Below, piece by piece: positions 1 through 10,106 of a stretch of DNA of 62,942 bases. The stretch is from IMG/VR virus record IMGVR_UViG_3300034280_000588. One strand, given 5' to 3'. Source of the stretch: an uncultured virus (IMG/VR IMGVR_UViG_3300034280_000588). Lineage: Duplodnaviria; Heunggongvirae; Uroviricota; Caudoviricetes. The position numbers and the translations under genes are program-made. The first letter of the stretch is position 1, and each line of letters begins with the position of its first letter. Under the pieces are notes generated by a model. That model saw only the letters and a program-made list of their open reading frames with translations, made no database searches and was not told the origin of the DNA.

Positions 1-82
1 TAGGCAAACCTAGGATAGGACCTGTGCCATAAAGTCCTTTTTGAGCTTTGGGAAGATCTTTACCTGTAATGCGTATCTTCAT
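1..82 (-). CDS. N-terminus of a probable cargo/ejection protein (runs off the window)
   Basis: Hand translation from ATG at 82: MKIRITGKDLPKAQKGLYGTGPILGLP...; starts 7 nt after the stop of 90..1835; LPKAQxG motif shared with 1931..5071. Confidence 0.7.
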   Translation of the reverse strand, partial: MKIRITGKDLPKAQKGLYGTGPILGLP

Positions 83-89
83 AAGTTTA

Positions 90-1835
90 TTAGATTACTT
101 CAATTTTATAACCCATTTGCTTAAGTCTTTCCACTTCAGCTCTAGAAAGATCTCCTTCCCATCCCACTTCATAATCTTCAACTCCACCTCCTTCAGCATA
201 TCCATACTGTGACATCATGTCTTCATTACCAGCAGCCTTAAACCTGCGCTCAGCTAACCACTGAGGCATTTGACCACCTTGCGCCATACCCATACCATAC
301 ATTGCTTTATTGGGTCTATCTACAGGTTGATTAAACAGTCTTGGTATTTCAGAATGATAACCACCATATGCAAATTGACCATATTCAGGAATATATGTTC
401 CTCCCCATTGACCACCATCATCAAACCTTAGTTTACTAAAAAGTTTTGCTGCTTTTCCTAATCCTTTAAGTTTTCCCAATTGTTGAAGAAGCTCACTTCC
501 TTTAAAAGCTTCTTTTATTCTAGAGCCAAGGCCCAAAGCCTCTGCAGCTTCTGCAGCTTGAACAGGAATAGTAGAAGGAGCAATGGGCAGTGGTTTTCCC
601 CAACGGGCAGCTGCCGCTCTTTGAGCATTAATAGATCTCATAGCTGCTTTTTCTTCTTCTACAGCTTGCAAAGCTGCCCTCGCATCTCTATCAGCAGATA
701 AAGATTGTGCAAGACGTTCTTCTCCTGCAGCTTCTTGGAGCATTCTATTTGTTCTTACAACATTTTCAGCAGTGCCTGGTTTTGTAAAAGCCAATGCATT
801 TGGAATCTCAGCTTGATCTAAAGCTTTTAATATATCTTTCTGACGTTTTGGTAATTTTTTATACCACTCTGAAGTAGTTTTAAGATCTTCAAGACTTTTA
901 CCCTGCACTTCTTTCAGTAACTCTTTAAAACCTTTACTGTCTAAACCCATTTTTGTTGCCATTTCCAACATCCTATTATAGTTTAAACGAGAGCTGCCAG
1001 GCATCATCATACTTTTTAATCTTGCTAATTCTTGAGGACTTGTATTTTTTAAATATCTTTTTCCTAAAGCATAAGCTGCCCCTAAACCCCCTATTCCTGT
1101 ACCTGTTAACACTAAAGCAGAAGGATTTATTCCTCCTGAAGGACCTGTTTTTTTAGGGGTGGGTTTATTAGGAGAAGGTTTGGGAGTAGAAACAACATTA
1201 CCACTACTGTCTATAGAAACTGTAGGAATTGAATCAGGAGAAGAAACAATAGGTGAAGGTGTCACAACAGGAGGAACAGAAACAGGGGCAACAGAAGATG
1301 AGTCTGAAGAAACAACTGTTGGGGGAATTATAGCTCCAGATGTAGTTGAAACACTACTTTTATATTCTGATAAAAGATTTGGATTATTAGCAATACTGTT
1401 TATTAATTTTTTATTTTGTTGTGCAGTGCCTCTATAGTTACTAATACCTGCCGCTTGTGCAAGTTTTTTTCTAAAACTATATCCTGATTGTTTTCCTTGA
1501 GCACCTAAAAAATCAACAACACTAACTCCTTCATATGGATTTATACTAAAATTAGGAGGAGGAGGTGGTGGCGCAACAGTATATGATGCTTGTGTGTAAG
1601 GAGCAGCTGCCATTTGTTGTGCGGCTGCTTGTTGATAAGGATTAGATTGAGTGACTGGTAACTGACTTAACCAATAATCCATTGCTTCTTGCCAACTTTC
1701 ATAGTCGGGGTAGTCTTGTTCTTGGGGAGCACCATAACCACCACCATTTTGATACCAAAGTGGGCCTGAGTTTGTAGAACCTTGATAGTTGCCGCCATGT
1801 GCCATATAAGGCATGTAATCATAAAAACTGTACAT
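90..1835 (-). CDS. Putative virion cargo/ejection protein with DUF3597-like cell-wall-associated domain
   Basis: 581 aa, low complexity; SVVDFLGAQGKQSGYSFRKKLAQAAGISNYRGTAQQNKKLINSI resembles the DUF3597 domain of phage amidases; several xxxGG motifs; downstream of tail genes. Confidence 0.55.
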   Translation of the reverse strand: MYSFYDYMPYMAHGGNYQGSTNSGPLWYQNGGGYGAPQEQDYPDYESWQEAMDYWLSQLPVTQSNPYQQAAAQQMAAAPYTQASYTVAPPPPPPNFSINPYEGVSVVDFLGAQGKQSGYSFRKKLAQAAGISNYRGTAQQNKKLINSIANNPNLLSEYKSSVSTTSGAIIPPTVVSSDSSSVAPVSVPPVVTPSPIVSSPDSIPTVSIDSSGNVVSTPKPSPNKPTPKKTGPSGGINPSALVLTGTGIGGLGAAYALGKRYLKNTSPQELARLKSMMMPGSSRLNYNRMLEMATKMGLDSKGFKELLKEVQGKSLEDLKTTSEWYKKLPKRQKDILKALDQAEIPNALAFTKPGTAENVVRTNRMLQEAAGEERLAQSLSADRDARAALQAVEEEKAAMRSINAQRAAAARWGKPLPIAPSTIPVQAAEAAEALGLGSRIKEAFKGSELLQQLGKLKGLGKAAKLFSKLRFDDGGQWGGTYIPEYGQFAYGGYHSEIPRLFNQPVDRPNKAMYGMGMAQGGQMPQWLAERRFKAAGNEDMMSQYGYAEGGGVEDYEVGWEGDLSRAEVERLKQMGYKIEVI

Positions 1836-1875
1836 AAGAATTAGTTTTATGTGCTTTTAGAGAAGCACTATTTGT

Positions 1876-1887
1876 AATATAATTTAA
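1876..1887 (-). promoter_or_regulatory. Putative late-promoter motif (variant TTAAATTATATT)
   Basis: Variant of the GTAWATTRWATT motif, about 40 nt upstream of the 1835 start. Confidence 0.35.
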
Positions 1888-1930
1888 GCTTTTTTGTTAA
1901 CATTTTAAAATTTATTATTCATTTAAACTT

Positions 1931-4900
1931 TTAACGTTTAACTCCTCCTTTCTTATAATAATATTGTAAGAGTGGTCCTCCTTTTTCAGGAAGTTGTGGT
2001 ATGGATATATCTCCACCATTTCTTTTTTGTGGTTTAAATTTTGGGTTATTTGGATTAAAATCGTTAAAATCATTTGTGTTCCATATTCTACCATACCAGG
2101 TATCATAATAATCACTATTAGGAACTCCGGGAGCAGGATTATTTATATTTTGATAATACCAATCTCTTCCTCTATTTAAAAATTGTCTACGAGTATTAGC
2201 AGGTAATTTATTTATTTCTGGAGAATATTGATTCCAAATTGCATCTAATTCTGGTTTTTTCTTTGCCCACTTTCCTGGCTCTTTATTCATATCTATATTA
2301 AAAGACCCTCTATTAGGAATACCCTCTTGCCCTTTAGACTTTAAATACTGATCTAACATGTAGATTCTAGGATCACGTCCAGAATTGAATATAAAATCCA
2401 TTGCTTCTGCTGATTCCATTGCACTAGCATTAGGCATAATTTTTTTAACTTCTGGATATATTTTATTCATTAACATATTCATATACTTAGAATCAGCATA
2501 CTCAGGAAGAGGTGCTCCACCTGGCCCTCCTCTTAGCTGTTCATAACTAAGTATTTTACCTGCTTGATGTCTTACACTATCTTGTGTAGTTAAATCCTTA
2601 CCTGTTTGTGCTTTTGGTAATTTTAATGTAGATATATCTCCACCATTATTAAATGTAGGAACACCATATCCTTTGTTGTAATAGTATCTATTAGCTTGAC
2701 CACCTTCAGCAAACTTAGATATACCACCACTGTATGAATTGCTATCTCTATCTCTTCTATTCTGTCTAATTACAGCATCTAAGCTTAAAGGTTGTCTTGG
2801 GTTCACTGAACCACCATTTTTAAAATGATAGTTCAAACCTGCACTAAAAGAAGGTTGAAATTGATTTATCCCTGCAATAGGAACTCTAACATTTGTAATA
2901 TTAGCTCCACCTGTAAAACCAAATCTATTGTTAAGTCTTAAATTTCCTTGTGCACCTGCTCCTAAAATGTTTGTATAAAAATCAGGTTGCATTGCATATA
3001 GATATGGATTTATTCTGTTTTCATTTGGTTTTTTAATAATAGGGAGATTTAAAGAAACTGCATTAGAACCTCCAACTTGAAATATTTCTCCATGATTCAT
3101 CTTACCAGCATAGTAATCTGCTAAAGGCCCACCATATGCTTTATTTAAAGGATATTCTGTAAACTTTGTTGCTCCAGGAAATGTATGATTACCTGTGTTT
3201 GGATTAATCACTCTTGATTCTCCCACATCAGGAACTACATATAAAGGAATGTCTCCATATCCATGAGTAGCCATTGTATTCCCTTGTATCTCTGTTATCT
3301 TACCAGGATGGGCCCATTGTCCTCTGTTATCTTTTATTACACCACCTTGCTTCTTTTTTTGTGCATTATAACCAGCTGATAATAAACCTGTTCCAATTCC
3401 TACGCCTGCTGCTGTTTTCCCTACTTTAGACCAATCTATTTTTCTTGGTCCTTCCACCCATTTATCAGCTTGAATTATTCCTTGTTCAGGATTAAAAAAA
3501 CTAAACTTAGGTCTGTATTGTGGGATAGCGGTTTGTTGTATATATCCACCTAAAGGATTTCCAGGAACAGGGTTTTCATAAGTCATCTTGCCCTTAAAGA
3601 AATATTCTGGATAATTAGTAGCGTGATAAAGTTCTTCTCCATAAGGAACATTCTGCGGTATTCTTGGATCAGTACCTGACATATGAGGATATTGATCTTC
3701 CAATAATGTAGAAAGTTTATACTGTTGCTCTGTACCTTTTCCATATCTAGGATCTATTTCAGGATATATTTCATAACTACGAGCTTCCCCTGGAGCATTG
3801 CCTTTTATAAACCAACCTCCCATATCTTGACCTTCATAAGGATACCAAGCACCTTTACTTTTTCCAGAGTTAGTACCAGAACTTTTATAAAAGTGTTGAA
3901 ACTCTCCTTTATCATTTACTAAGTTCATAATATCTCTGGGCTTACGACCTTCTTTTCCTGCTGTAAATTTATTTACTATGTGCCAGTTTTCATCTCCAGT
4001 ATTTAAACTACCATATGTATTAATTTTATTTCCTTTAAATTCAATATGACTTGTTGAACCGTCTGCGTTTTTTACAACTTGAAACTTATTAGAGTATTGA
4101 GTGCCACCAGGAACAAATCTAGATTCTCCAGGTTTAGTAAAATATTGTTTAGGATCAGTAAACATTTGTTTTACATCACCTAAAAATCCTGCTTGTTTAG
4201 GAACAACTTTATTTGCAGAAGGACTTCCAAGTGTAGGTCTATTTAAATCTTGCCAATAATCTCTAGAATGTTTTCTAAGACCACTTGTATATTTTCCATA
4301 CTCTTCTTTAGACATGTCCCTTATGATTTTGGGCTCTAATTCTTTAGGAAGTTCTTTATATGAAGCTTTTCCAAATTTCCCAACATCATTTAAATATGTT
4401 TTAACAAGATCATCTATTTTTCTTCCAGGAAATGATTCGGTTATTTTTTTAACAAAATTTGGCTCATCCTGCCAGTTAATAGGTCCTCTTGTAATAGATA
4501 TGCTTGATGAAGGTTTAGGAAGAGCCGCTGATTTCATAGAATTAACGAAAGGAACTTTTAAACCTCTAAATTCACCTAACATAGGTAACACTGAAGCAGC
4601 ATTTAATCCTGCTTGTAAAAATTCTCCTTTAGCTACATTACCAGGTATAGACACTGCAGCATTTATATATCCAAAAGGATTAATCATGTTTACAGCATGT
4701 TCGTATGGGTTAATCTCACCTCTTTCAAAATTTTCTGGAATATCTTGTCCTTTAAGTTTATATTTTAAAGCAGTCATAGGATTAGCTGCAATAGCCAATG
4801 CTCTAGAAGCTGTAGATTGTTTTGGACCAGCAGCTCTAATTTCCCCTTGCTTTTCTCTTCTAGCATTTAGTTCTTTTTGTCTATTAGCCTCAGCAACTTT

Positions 4901-5071
4901 TAATAGGTCCGCAGGTTTTTGTGTATAAGAATCAGAAGTTCTTTGTTGAGCACTTTTAAGACCAGCCATCTGCTCATCAAGAGATTTTCTTTGTATAGGA
5001 ACTTGTCCCGCACCCTGATATTTAGGAAGCTTCTTATAATAATATTGCTGAAGGATGGAATCTTTTCTCAT
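1931..5071 (-). CDS. Modular putative ejection protein with C-terminal GH108-like muramidase domain
   Basis: 1046 aa; C-terminal ILSYEQLRGG...MDFIFNSG...RDWYYQNI...YYDTWYGRI fits the GH108 lysozyme pattern (E-GG, D..NSG, R..Y, W..R); follows the muzzle gene. Confidence 0.6.
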   Translation of the reverse strand: MRKDSILQQYYYKKLPKYQGAGQVPIQRKSLDEQMAGLKSAQQRTSDSYTQKPADLLKVAEANRQKELNARREKQGEIRAAGPKQSTASRALAIAANPMTALKYKLKGQDIPENFERGEINPYEHAVNMINPFGYINAAVSIPGNVAKGEFLQAGLNAASVLPMLGEFRGLKVPFVNSMKSAALPKPSSSISITRGPINWQDEPNFVKKITESFPGRKIDDLVKTYLNDVGKFGKASYKELPKELEPKIIRDMSKEEYGKYTSGLRKHSRDYWQDLNRPTLGSPSANKVVPKQAGFLGDVKQMFTDPKQYFTKPGESRFVPGGTQYSNKFQVVKNADGSTSHIEFKGNKINTYGSLNTGDENWHIVNKFTAGKEGRKPRDIMNLVNDKGEFQHFYKSSGTNSGKSKGAWYPYEGQDMGGWFIKGNAPGEARSYEIYPEIDPRYGKGTEQQYKLSTLLEDQYPHMSGTDPRIPQNVPYGEELYHATNYPEYFFKGKMTYENPVPGNPLGGYIQQTAIPQYRPKFSFFNPEQGIIQADKWVEGPRKIDWSKVGKTAAGVGIGTGLLSAGYNAQKKKQGGVIKDNRGQWAHPGKITEIQGNTMATHGYGDIPLYVVPDVGESRVINPNTGNHTFPGATKFTEYPLNKAYGGPLADYYAGKMNHGEIFQVGGSNAVSLNLPIIKKPNENRINPYLYAMQPDFYTNILGAGAQGNLRLNNRFGFTGGANITNVRVPIAGINQFQPSFSAGLNYHFKNGGSVNPRQPLSLDAVIRQNRRDRDSNSYSGGISKFAEGGQANRYYYNKGYGVPTFNNGGDISTLKLPKAQTGKDLTTQDSVRHQAGKILSYEQLRGGPGGAPLPEYADSKYMNMLMNKIYPEVKKIMPNASAMESAEAMDFIFNSGRDPRIYMLDQYLKSKGQEGIPNRGSFNIDMNKEPGKWAKKKPELDAIWNQYSPEINKLPANTRRQFLNRGRDWYYQNINNPAPGVPNSDYYDTWYGRIWNTNDFNDFNPNNPKFKPQKRNGGDISIPQLPEKGGPLLQYYYKKGGVKR

Positions 5072-8000
5072 CTGAAGGACTGTTGTATTTTCTGATTAGA
5101 AAATTTAAATAAATACTTTATGTTTCCATTTATCTTGGCTCTTAGAAACACATGATTAACATGATGTCTAAACTTTTTACGCTCTAATGGTGACTTATCA
5201 TAATTGATATAGTCAGGGTTGATATTAAACTTATATCCATTGGCTTCTGTAATAAACATTGGAATATTTGCAGGGTCTGGAAGATTTGGAGGATTAAACT
5301 CACTTCTATCTTTTGTAATGTCCCAAAACTGATTAAACCTGTATTTGTTTTCTTCTTTTGCGTAAAGAATATCTATATAGTCTGTTTTTACAGAAGGATA
5401 GTTTAAAAGAGCTAAAGGATTGTTCTTTGGTTTAATATTAAGTTGTAAAGTTCCAGATATTTGTTCTGAATTATATATTACAGCCTCATCAAAGTTTCTG
5501 TCTAATACATGAAACTTATCTCTACAGTCATTGTAAAACTTATACGCTTCCAATACATATTCAATGCTTCTTGTTGTTGTCACTGTCTGCCCTGTAGAAG
5601 AAACAAATTCAATTTCCCAAGGATGACTCACGCCATAAAAATTACAGTAGTCATCACACCTCACATTATGCTTCCATATAGAATCAACATTTACAGACAT
5701 AAAGTGATTCTTGCTAGGAATTAAAAATGTAGGAATCCAGTCATGGAAACTAATCCATGCTTTTGATTTAGGGTCATAGCTTATTGTAAAACTTGCATCT
5801 TCAAAAGCCCGTTCATCTCCAAGATTATAATATTCGTTTTTAACATTGTCATAAAATGTATTGCTTGCTTCTTGATAAACTAAAGATATTTTAGGCTTAT
5901 AATCTTTTTTTGTAATGTATATGATTTCATTTGTGTTATCATATATCATATGAACTCCAATGCCAACAACAGAATTATCAAAGTATTTATATTCAGGAAA
6001 CACTTTAAGAAGTTGAGACGGAAGATATTTAGCAAACCACCATTTCATCCCTCCATTTGAGATTTCAATTAACCCTCCACCGCCATATTGGAAAACTTTT
6101 CCTTGGTTTTGACTCACCCAGAAAATTCCGTGGTTAGTACCAAGTTGAGCATATCTATTCTGGCAAGAACCATATTCATAATATTCATCTGCATTAACTA
6201 TTGCTTGAAGCTGTTTTGCATCACTAAATAATTTACCATCACCAATTGTTATTCTTGCTCCAGTGCCATCTAACTTAAGTTCTTCTGTACCAATAAATTG
6301 ATAAGGACTTTGAGACCTTAGCATAAATAAAGAACCTGTTTTATTTAAATTTTTAACAGCGGTTATTGGTGAAGGAAAATCATAATAGTTATTTGCCAAG
6401 AAAACTCGCCAGTTATCTTTTTTAGATATATCACTTTGACTTAAGGAATAAATTATTCTACTTGGGTTATACGCATAACAAGTGCTAGCCACTGCAGGAT
6501 CATAGTCTCTAGGAAGAACATTGCCCCAACTTATATTGCTGCTAAATAAGTTGTTAACGCTTAGAGATTGTTCATATTTATAATAATTGCCACTCTTAAT
6601 GATATCACTTCTAAACATGATTCCCAAGTCAGTAAATCTATATGGGTCATAATGACGTTTTTCTGTTGCGTCTTCCCAATCTCTATAAGCAAGGTTGATT
6701 TCTGATTCTACAAAAAAGTCTCTAACGCCAGAGTTAAATAAATAAAAGTAACCACGATCTATATAAAACCCTTTTGCTTGCTCTCCATCTAAAGATTTAT
6801 ATTTAGAAGCAACAGCTATAAACTCTGAATGAGATTCATTTGTGTTCACCCAATATCTAGGATAGGGTACATTTATATGTAAAGTGTAATCATATTCATA
6901 GTTGTCAACTTCATTAAACAACCAATCTGTAAAGAAGAACATGCTGTTTTTTTCTGTAAACCTGTTAACATAAACATCCCCACCAAAGTAGACTGGAGAT
7001 CTAAATTTCATATTTGCAACAGGCATTGTTTCTTCAGTACAATTAGAAATAACTAATTGCTTAATGGAATCAATTTGACCATACTGGGAAGGCAAAGAAA
7101 CTTTTAAAGCCCCGTAGTATGATGATATATTTCTTGTTACATTTGTATTCAATGTATACCCAACATCACTCATCCTCACTCTACTATTATCAACATTAAG
7201 TGGTTTATCAAGTGTACCATCTATTTCAAAAGCTAAAAAACTACTTCTGTTAAGATTGTTAATTTGGTAGGAAGGATTAAATGCCTGTACATGAGAACCA
7301 ACATATGTAGAAGTTACTATTTTTCTTCTTCTATTACCTTCTTTATTTAATACAGATTCATCGTATAATCCATGAGAGTTATACTGAGCAGCATATTGTC
7401 TCTTTGGTATAAAACCCACTATAATGTTATATAACTGCTGTTGTTGTGCCGATAACTTTAAAGCAGACATTGCTACTGTTAATGTTATATTTGTAGCTTT
7501 AATTATATTATTTTCAACAGTTCTAGTAGTAGCTGCTGCATTACCAAGTGTTGCTCCAGTTGTAGAATCTACTATTCCTGGAGTAGACCCAAATCCTCCT
7601 CCAAGTGTACCAGTACCAGGAAGGATTACACCATAAAAAGCATCTGGTTTACGTTTAGTTAACAAATCTGTTGTAAGAGGAATATCACTCGTAGCTCCCA
7701 AAATAATAGAAGAATCTGCACCAAGCCCCACCGCAACAGAATTTGCTATTACATTAAGTGAGGCAACAATTGTAGAAATAACAGTAACTTTTTTACTTGG
7801 TATTTTAAATTTAGGATGTTTGTAAGGAGTTGTAAAGTATCCTGTAGATTTACCATAAACTTCCTGATACACCTTTACCTCCACCGCATTTAAATACGGA
7901 TTACTAAATGTTACATCAGGACCATGAAAAGAAAAAATATTGTCTTTATATGTTGTAAGAGGAGGACTTGTTACAGGACTTTTACCATTGTTTCCTAATT

Positions 8001-9747
8001 GAGCAGCTGCTGTTAAATACAAATCATTTCCCAAATCATTATAAGGGTAGTTTTGGTAAAGACCCTTTACATCTGCATTCTCTGGTATATCATATTGTCT
8101 CATGTTATTTATGAGACCTTTTGATACAATAGTTTTATTTCCTTGACGAGAACCTCTTAAAATTTCATAACCAACAATAGATTCTATTGGATTGCCATTA
8201 AGATCTACTGGTGCTTTTATATTTAAAAACTGAACACCTAAAATGGTTATTGTATTATCATCTTTAGAATAAATCTTTAAAGAATCATCAACTGTTTCAT
8301 CTGGAAATTTATGATGACGAATAGATTTACCACACAGCGCATCCCAAATATCAGGCTTATTATCAGGGTATTTTTCTGTTGATTCCCAATACGCCATTTT
8401 ACCCGTAGCTATAAGCTTTCCTCCATCAGGTAAATTAGATGATGTAGATGTAAGAATACCTGCTGTATTTTCAACTTGCCATTTTTTTACATTAACCCCA
8501 TCTTTTAGCTCATACGCATCATCTCCAGAAACATTTGCTATTTCTGAAGCAAGAGGAGCTCTTCCAGGAATATGATAAGAATCAGATTTATCACCTGTAT
8601 TATACACCCATCTTATAAAAAAAGAGTACACTTCATCTCTCATGTATCCTACATTATTTCCACCTTTATGGTAATAGTCTGCAGGATATTTAGCAGCCAC
8701 CCAACGCGTTTCAATTTTATTAGCTAAGGGTTGGTAGTTAAATTTAAACTTAGTATAGGGACCTACACGCAATAAATAACTTCCTATTGGATACATTGCG
8801 TCAGACTTTTCTACAGGCTCTGTTCTAACAACAATATCGGAAATTGGAACAATTGCTTGTTCATTTGTAAACCTGTCTATATAAATGGTAGAAACATTTG
8901 TAGAGTAGAAACCTAAAAGTTTAACTGTTGTCTGTGATGCAATATTAGCTATCAAAACCAATTCAAATTCATCAAATGTTTTATCAACATCTAAAACTCT
9001 TAGTTCAAGAGACCCCATCATGTTATCATGATTAAATATAGATTGAACTTCTGTAAGTCCTAAATAATCTGTAACACGAACTTGATCTATAGTATATGCA
9101 ATTGCAACTTGATAAGAACCATTTAAAAGACTCCCTGCACCCTTTCCTTTTTCAAGAGAAAGACAAGGTTGTTTAATTAATGGTGCAATTCTTAATGCTT
9201 CACAATTTAAAACCGATGACTTTTTTTCTACAACACAATCATTAACAATGGTTTTAGTTGTTAAATATGGAACATCATTAATGTTTAATATTCTTGTAGG
9301 ATTTAATCCATCATCCCAATAGATTAATCTTTCACAATCATATCTTTCGCGAGAAGTGCCCGCAATAAGATTTGTCCTCTTAAAGTTTAAGCAAGAATCA
9401 TTAACAATTTTTGTGTATGTGCAATCTGATTCATCAAATATACCAATCTCAGAATCTATGTCATTTGTTGAAAAGATTGCCCATCTATCATCTGAAAGAT
9501 GCACATATCCAATTACAGTGTAAGGAATAGTTACACAATGTAAATTAGAGGGTTCATTCCCTATAACTCCCACTTCACCAAGATGAGAATTGTTAACAGC
9601 ATTGCGTGCGTGTACCCACATACCTTCCCCTTCGTAACTTGCGTTATAATCTCTATTCATTCCTTTACTAAAGGAATTTGTTACGATTGGTTCTCTACTT
9701 CCTCCTCCACTTTGAGGCGATGGGCTAGTATCTTTATCCTCTGCCAT
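5068..9747 (-). CDS. Tail stabilization/muzzle protein (crAss-like, P22 gp10-like)
   Basis: 1559 aa; N-terminal FSKGMNRD and IYWDDGLNPTRILN, central GYMRDEVYSF, C-terminal TISYDPKSKAWISFHDW; follows tail tubular genes as in crAss-like phages. Confidence 0.75.
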   Translation of the reverse strand: MAEDKDTSPSPQSGGGSREPIVTNSFSKGMNRDYNASYEGEGMWVHARNAVNNSHLGEVGVIGNEPSNLHCVTIPYTVIGYVHLSDDRWAIFSTNDIDSEIGIFDESDCTYTKIVNDSCLNFKRTNLIAGTSRERYDCERLIYWDDGLNPTRILNINDVPYLTTKTIVNDCVVEKKSSVLNCEALRIAPLIKQPCLSLEKGKGAGSLLNGSYQVAIAYTIDQVRVTDYLGLTEVQSIFNHDNMMGSLELRVLDVDKTFDEFELVLIANIASQTTVKLLGFYSTNVSTIYIDRFTNEQAIVPISDIVVRTEPVEKSDAMYPIGSYLLRVGPYTKFKFNYQPLANKIETRWVAAKYPADYYHKGGNNVGYMRDEVYSFFIRWVYNTGDKSDSYHIPGRAPLASEIANVSGDDAYELKDGVNVKKWQVENTAGILTSTSSNLPDGGKLIATGKMAYWESTEKYPDNKPDIWDALCGKSIRHHKFPDETVDDSLKIYSKDDNTITILGVQFLNIKAPVDLNGNPIESIVGYEILRGSRQGNKTIVSKGLINNMRQYDIPENADVKGLYQNYPYNDLGNDLYLTAAAQLGNNGKSPVTSPPLTTYKDNIFSFHGPDVTFSNPYLNAVEVKVYQEVYGKSTGYFTTPYKHPKFKIPSKKVTVISTIVASLNVIANSVAVGLGADSSIILGATSDIPLTTDLLTKRKPDAFYGVILPGTGTLGGGFGSTPGIVDSTTGATLGNAAATTRTVENNIIKATNITLTVAMSALKLSAQQQQLYNIIVGFIPKRQYAAQYNSHGLYDESVLNKEGNRRRKIVTSTYVGSHVQAFNPSYQINNLNRSSFLAFEIDGTLDKPLNVDNSRVRMSDVGYTLNTNVTRNISSYYGALKVSLPSQYGQIDSIKQLVISNCTEETMPVANMKFRSPVYFGGDVYVNRFTEKNSMFFFTDWLFNEVDNYEYDYTLHINVPYPRYWVNTNESHSEFIAVASKYKSLDGEQAKGFYIDRGYFYLFNSGVRDFFVESEINLAYRDWEDATEKRHYDPYRFTDLGIMFRSDIIKSGNYYKYEQSLSVNNLFSSNISWGNVLPRDYDPAVASTCYAYNPSRIIYSLSQSDISKKDNWRVFLANNYYDFPSPITAVKNLNKTGSLFMLRSQSPYQFIGTEELKLDGTGARITIGDGKLFSDAKQLQAIVNADEYYEYGSCQNRYAQLGTNHGIFWVSQNQGKVFQYGGGGLIEISNGGMKWWFAKYLPSQLLKVFPEYKYFDNSVVGIGVHMIYDNTNEIIYITKKDYKPKISLVYQEASNTFYDNVKNEYYNLGDERAFEDASFTISYDPKSKAWISFHDWIPTFLIPSKNHFMSVNVDSIWKHNVRCDDYCNFYGVSHPWEIEFVSSTGQTVTTTRSIEYVLEAYKFYNDCRDKFHVLDRNFDEAVIYNSEQISGTLQLNIKPKNNPLALLNYPSVKTDYIDILYAKEENKYRFNQFWDITKDRSEFNPPNLPDPANIPMFITEANGYKFNINPDYINYDKSPLERKKFRHHVNHVFLRAKINGNIKYLFKFSNQKIQQSFR

Positions 9748-10099
9748 GTTTTATAGGTAGATTCTTTTTTTGTAAAAATTTATAAATCTCTCCAGTTATG
9801 TACCCAGCCAACCATGCTTGTGCTTCCTCATCTGTAACATCCCTATCTTCTGACACCCTTACAGCAGCATGATAAACCTCATGGGCTATTGTATCATGAG
9901 TGAGGTATTGAGAGCTTATAATTAAATAATAATTGTCCATATCAAATGACAGCACCACTCCCTCCACAACATCTGAAAACGTATCATTCAGTTTAGATTT
10001 TTTATAGATGCTGTTTACTTTTTCTATTACATCATCTGTCACCATAAAGGTCACACTACAGGAATAGGTGGACAGTTTAATTTTTTTTAAAACCTTCAT
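9734..10099 (-). CDS. Putative zinc metallopeptidase (HExxH)
   Basis: TIAHEVYHAA plus downstream DEEAQAW; start shortened to ATG 10099 to avoid overlap with upstream gene. Confidence 0.6.
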   Translation of the reverse strand: MKVLKKIKLSTYSCSVTFMVTDDVIEKVNSIYKKSKLNDTFSDVVEGVVLSFDMDNYYLIISSQYLTHDTIAHEVYHAAVRVSEDRDVTDEEAQAWLAGYITGEIYKFLQKKNLPIKHGRG

Positions 10100-10106
10100 A
10101 TAAGGA

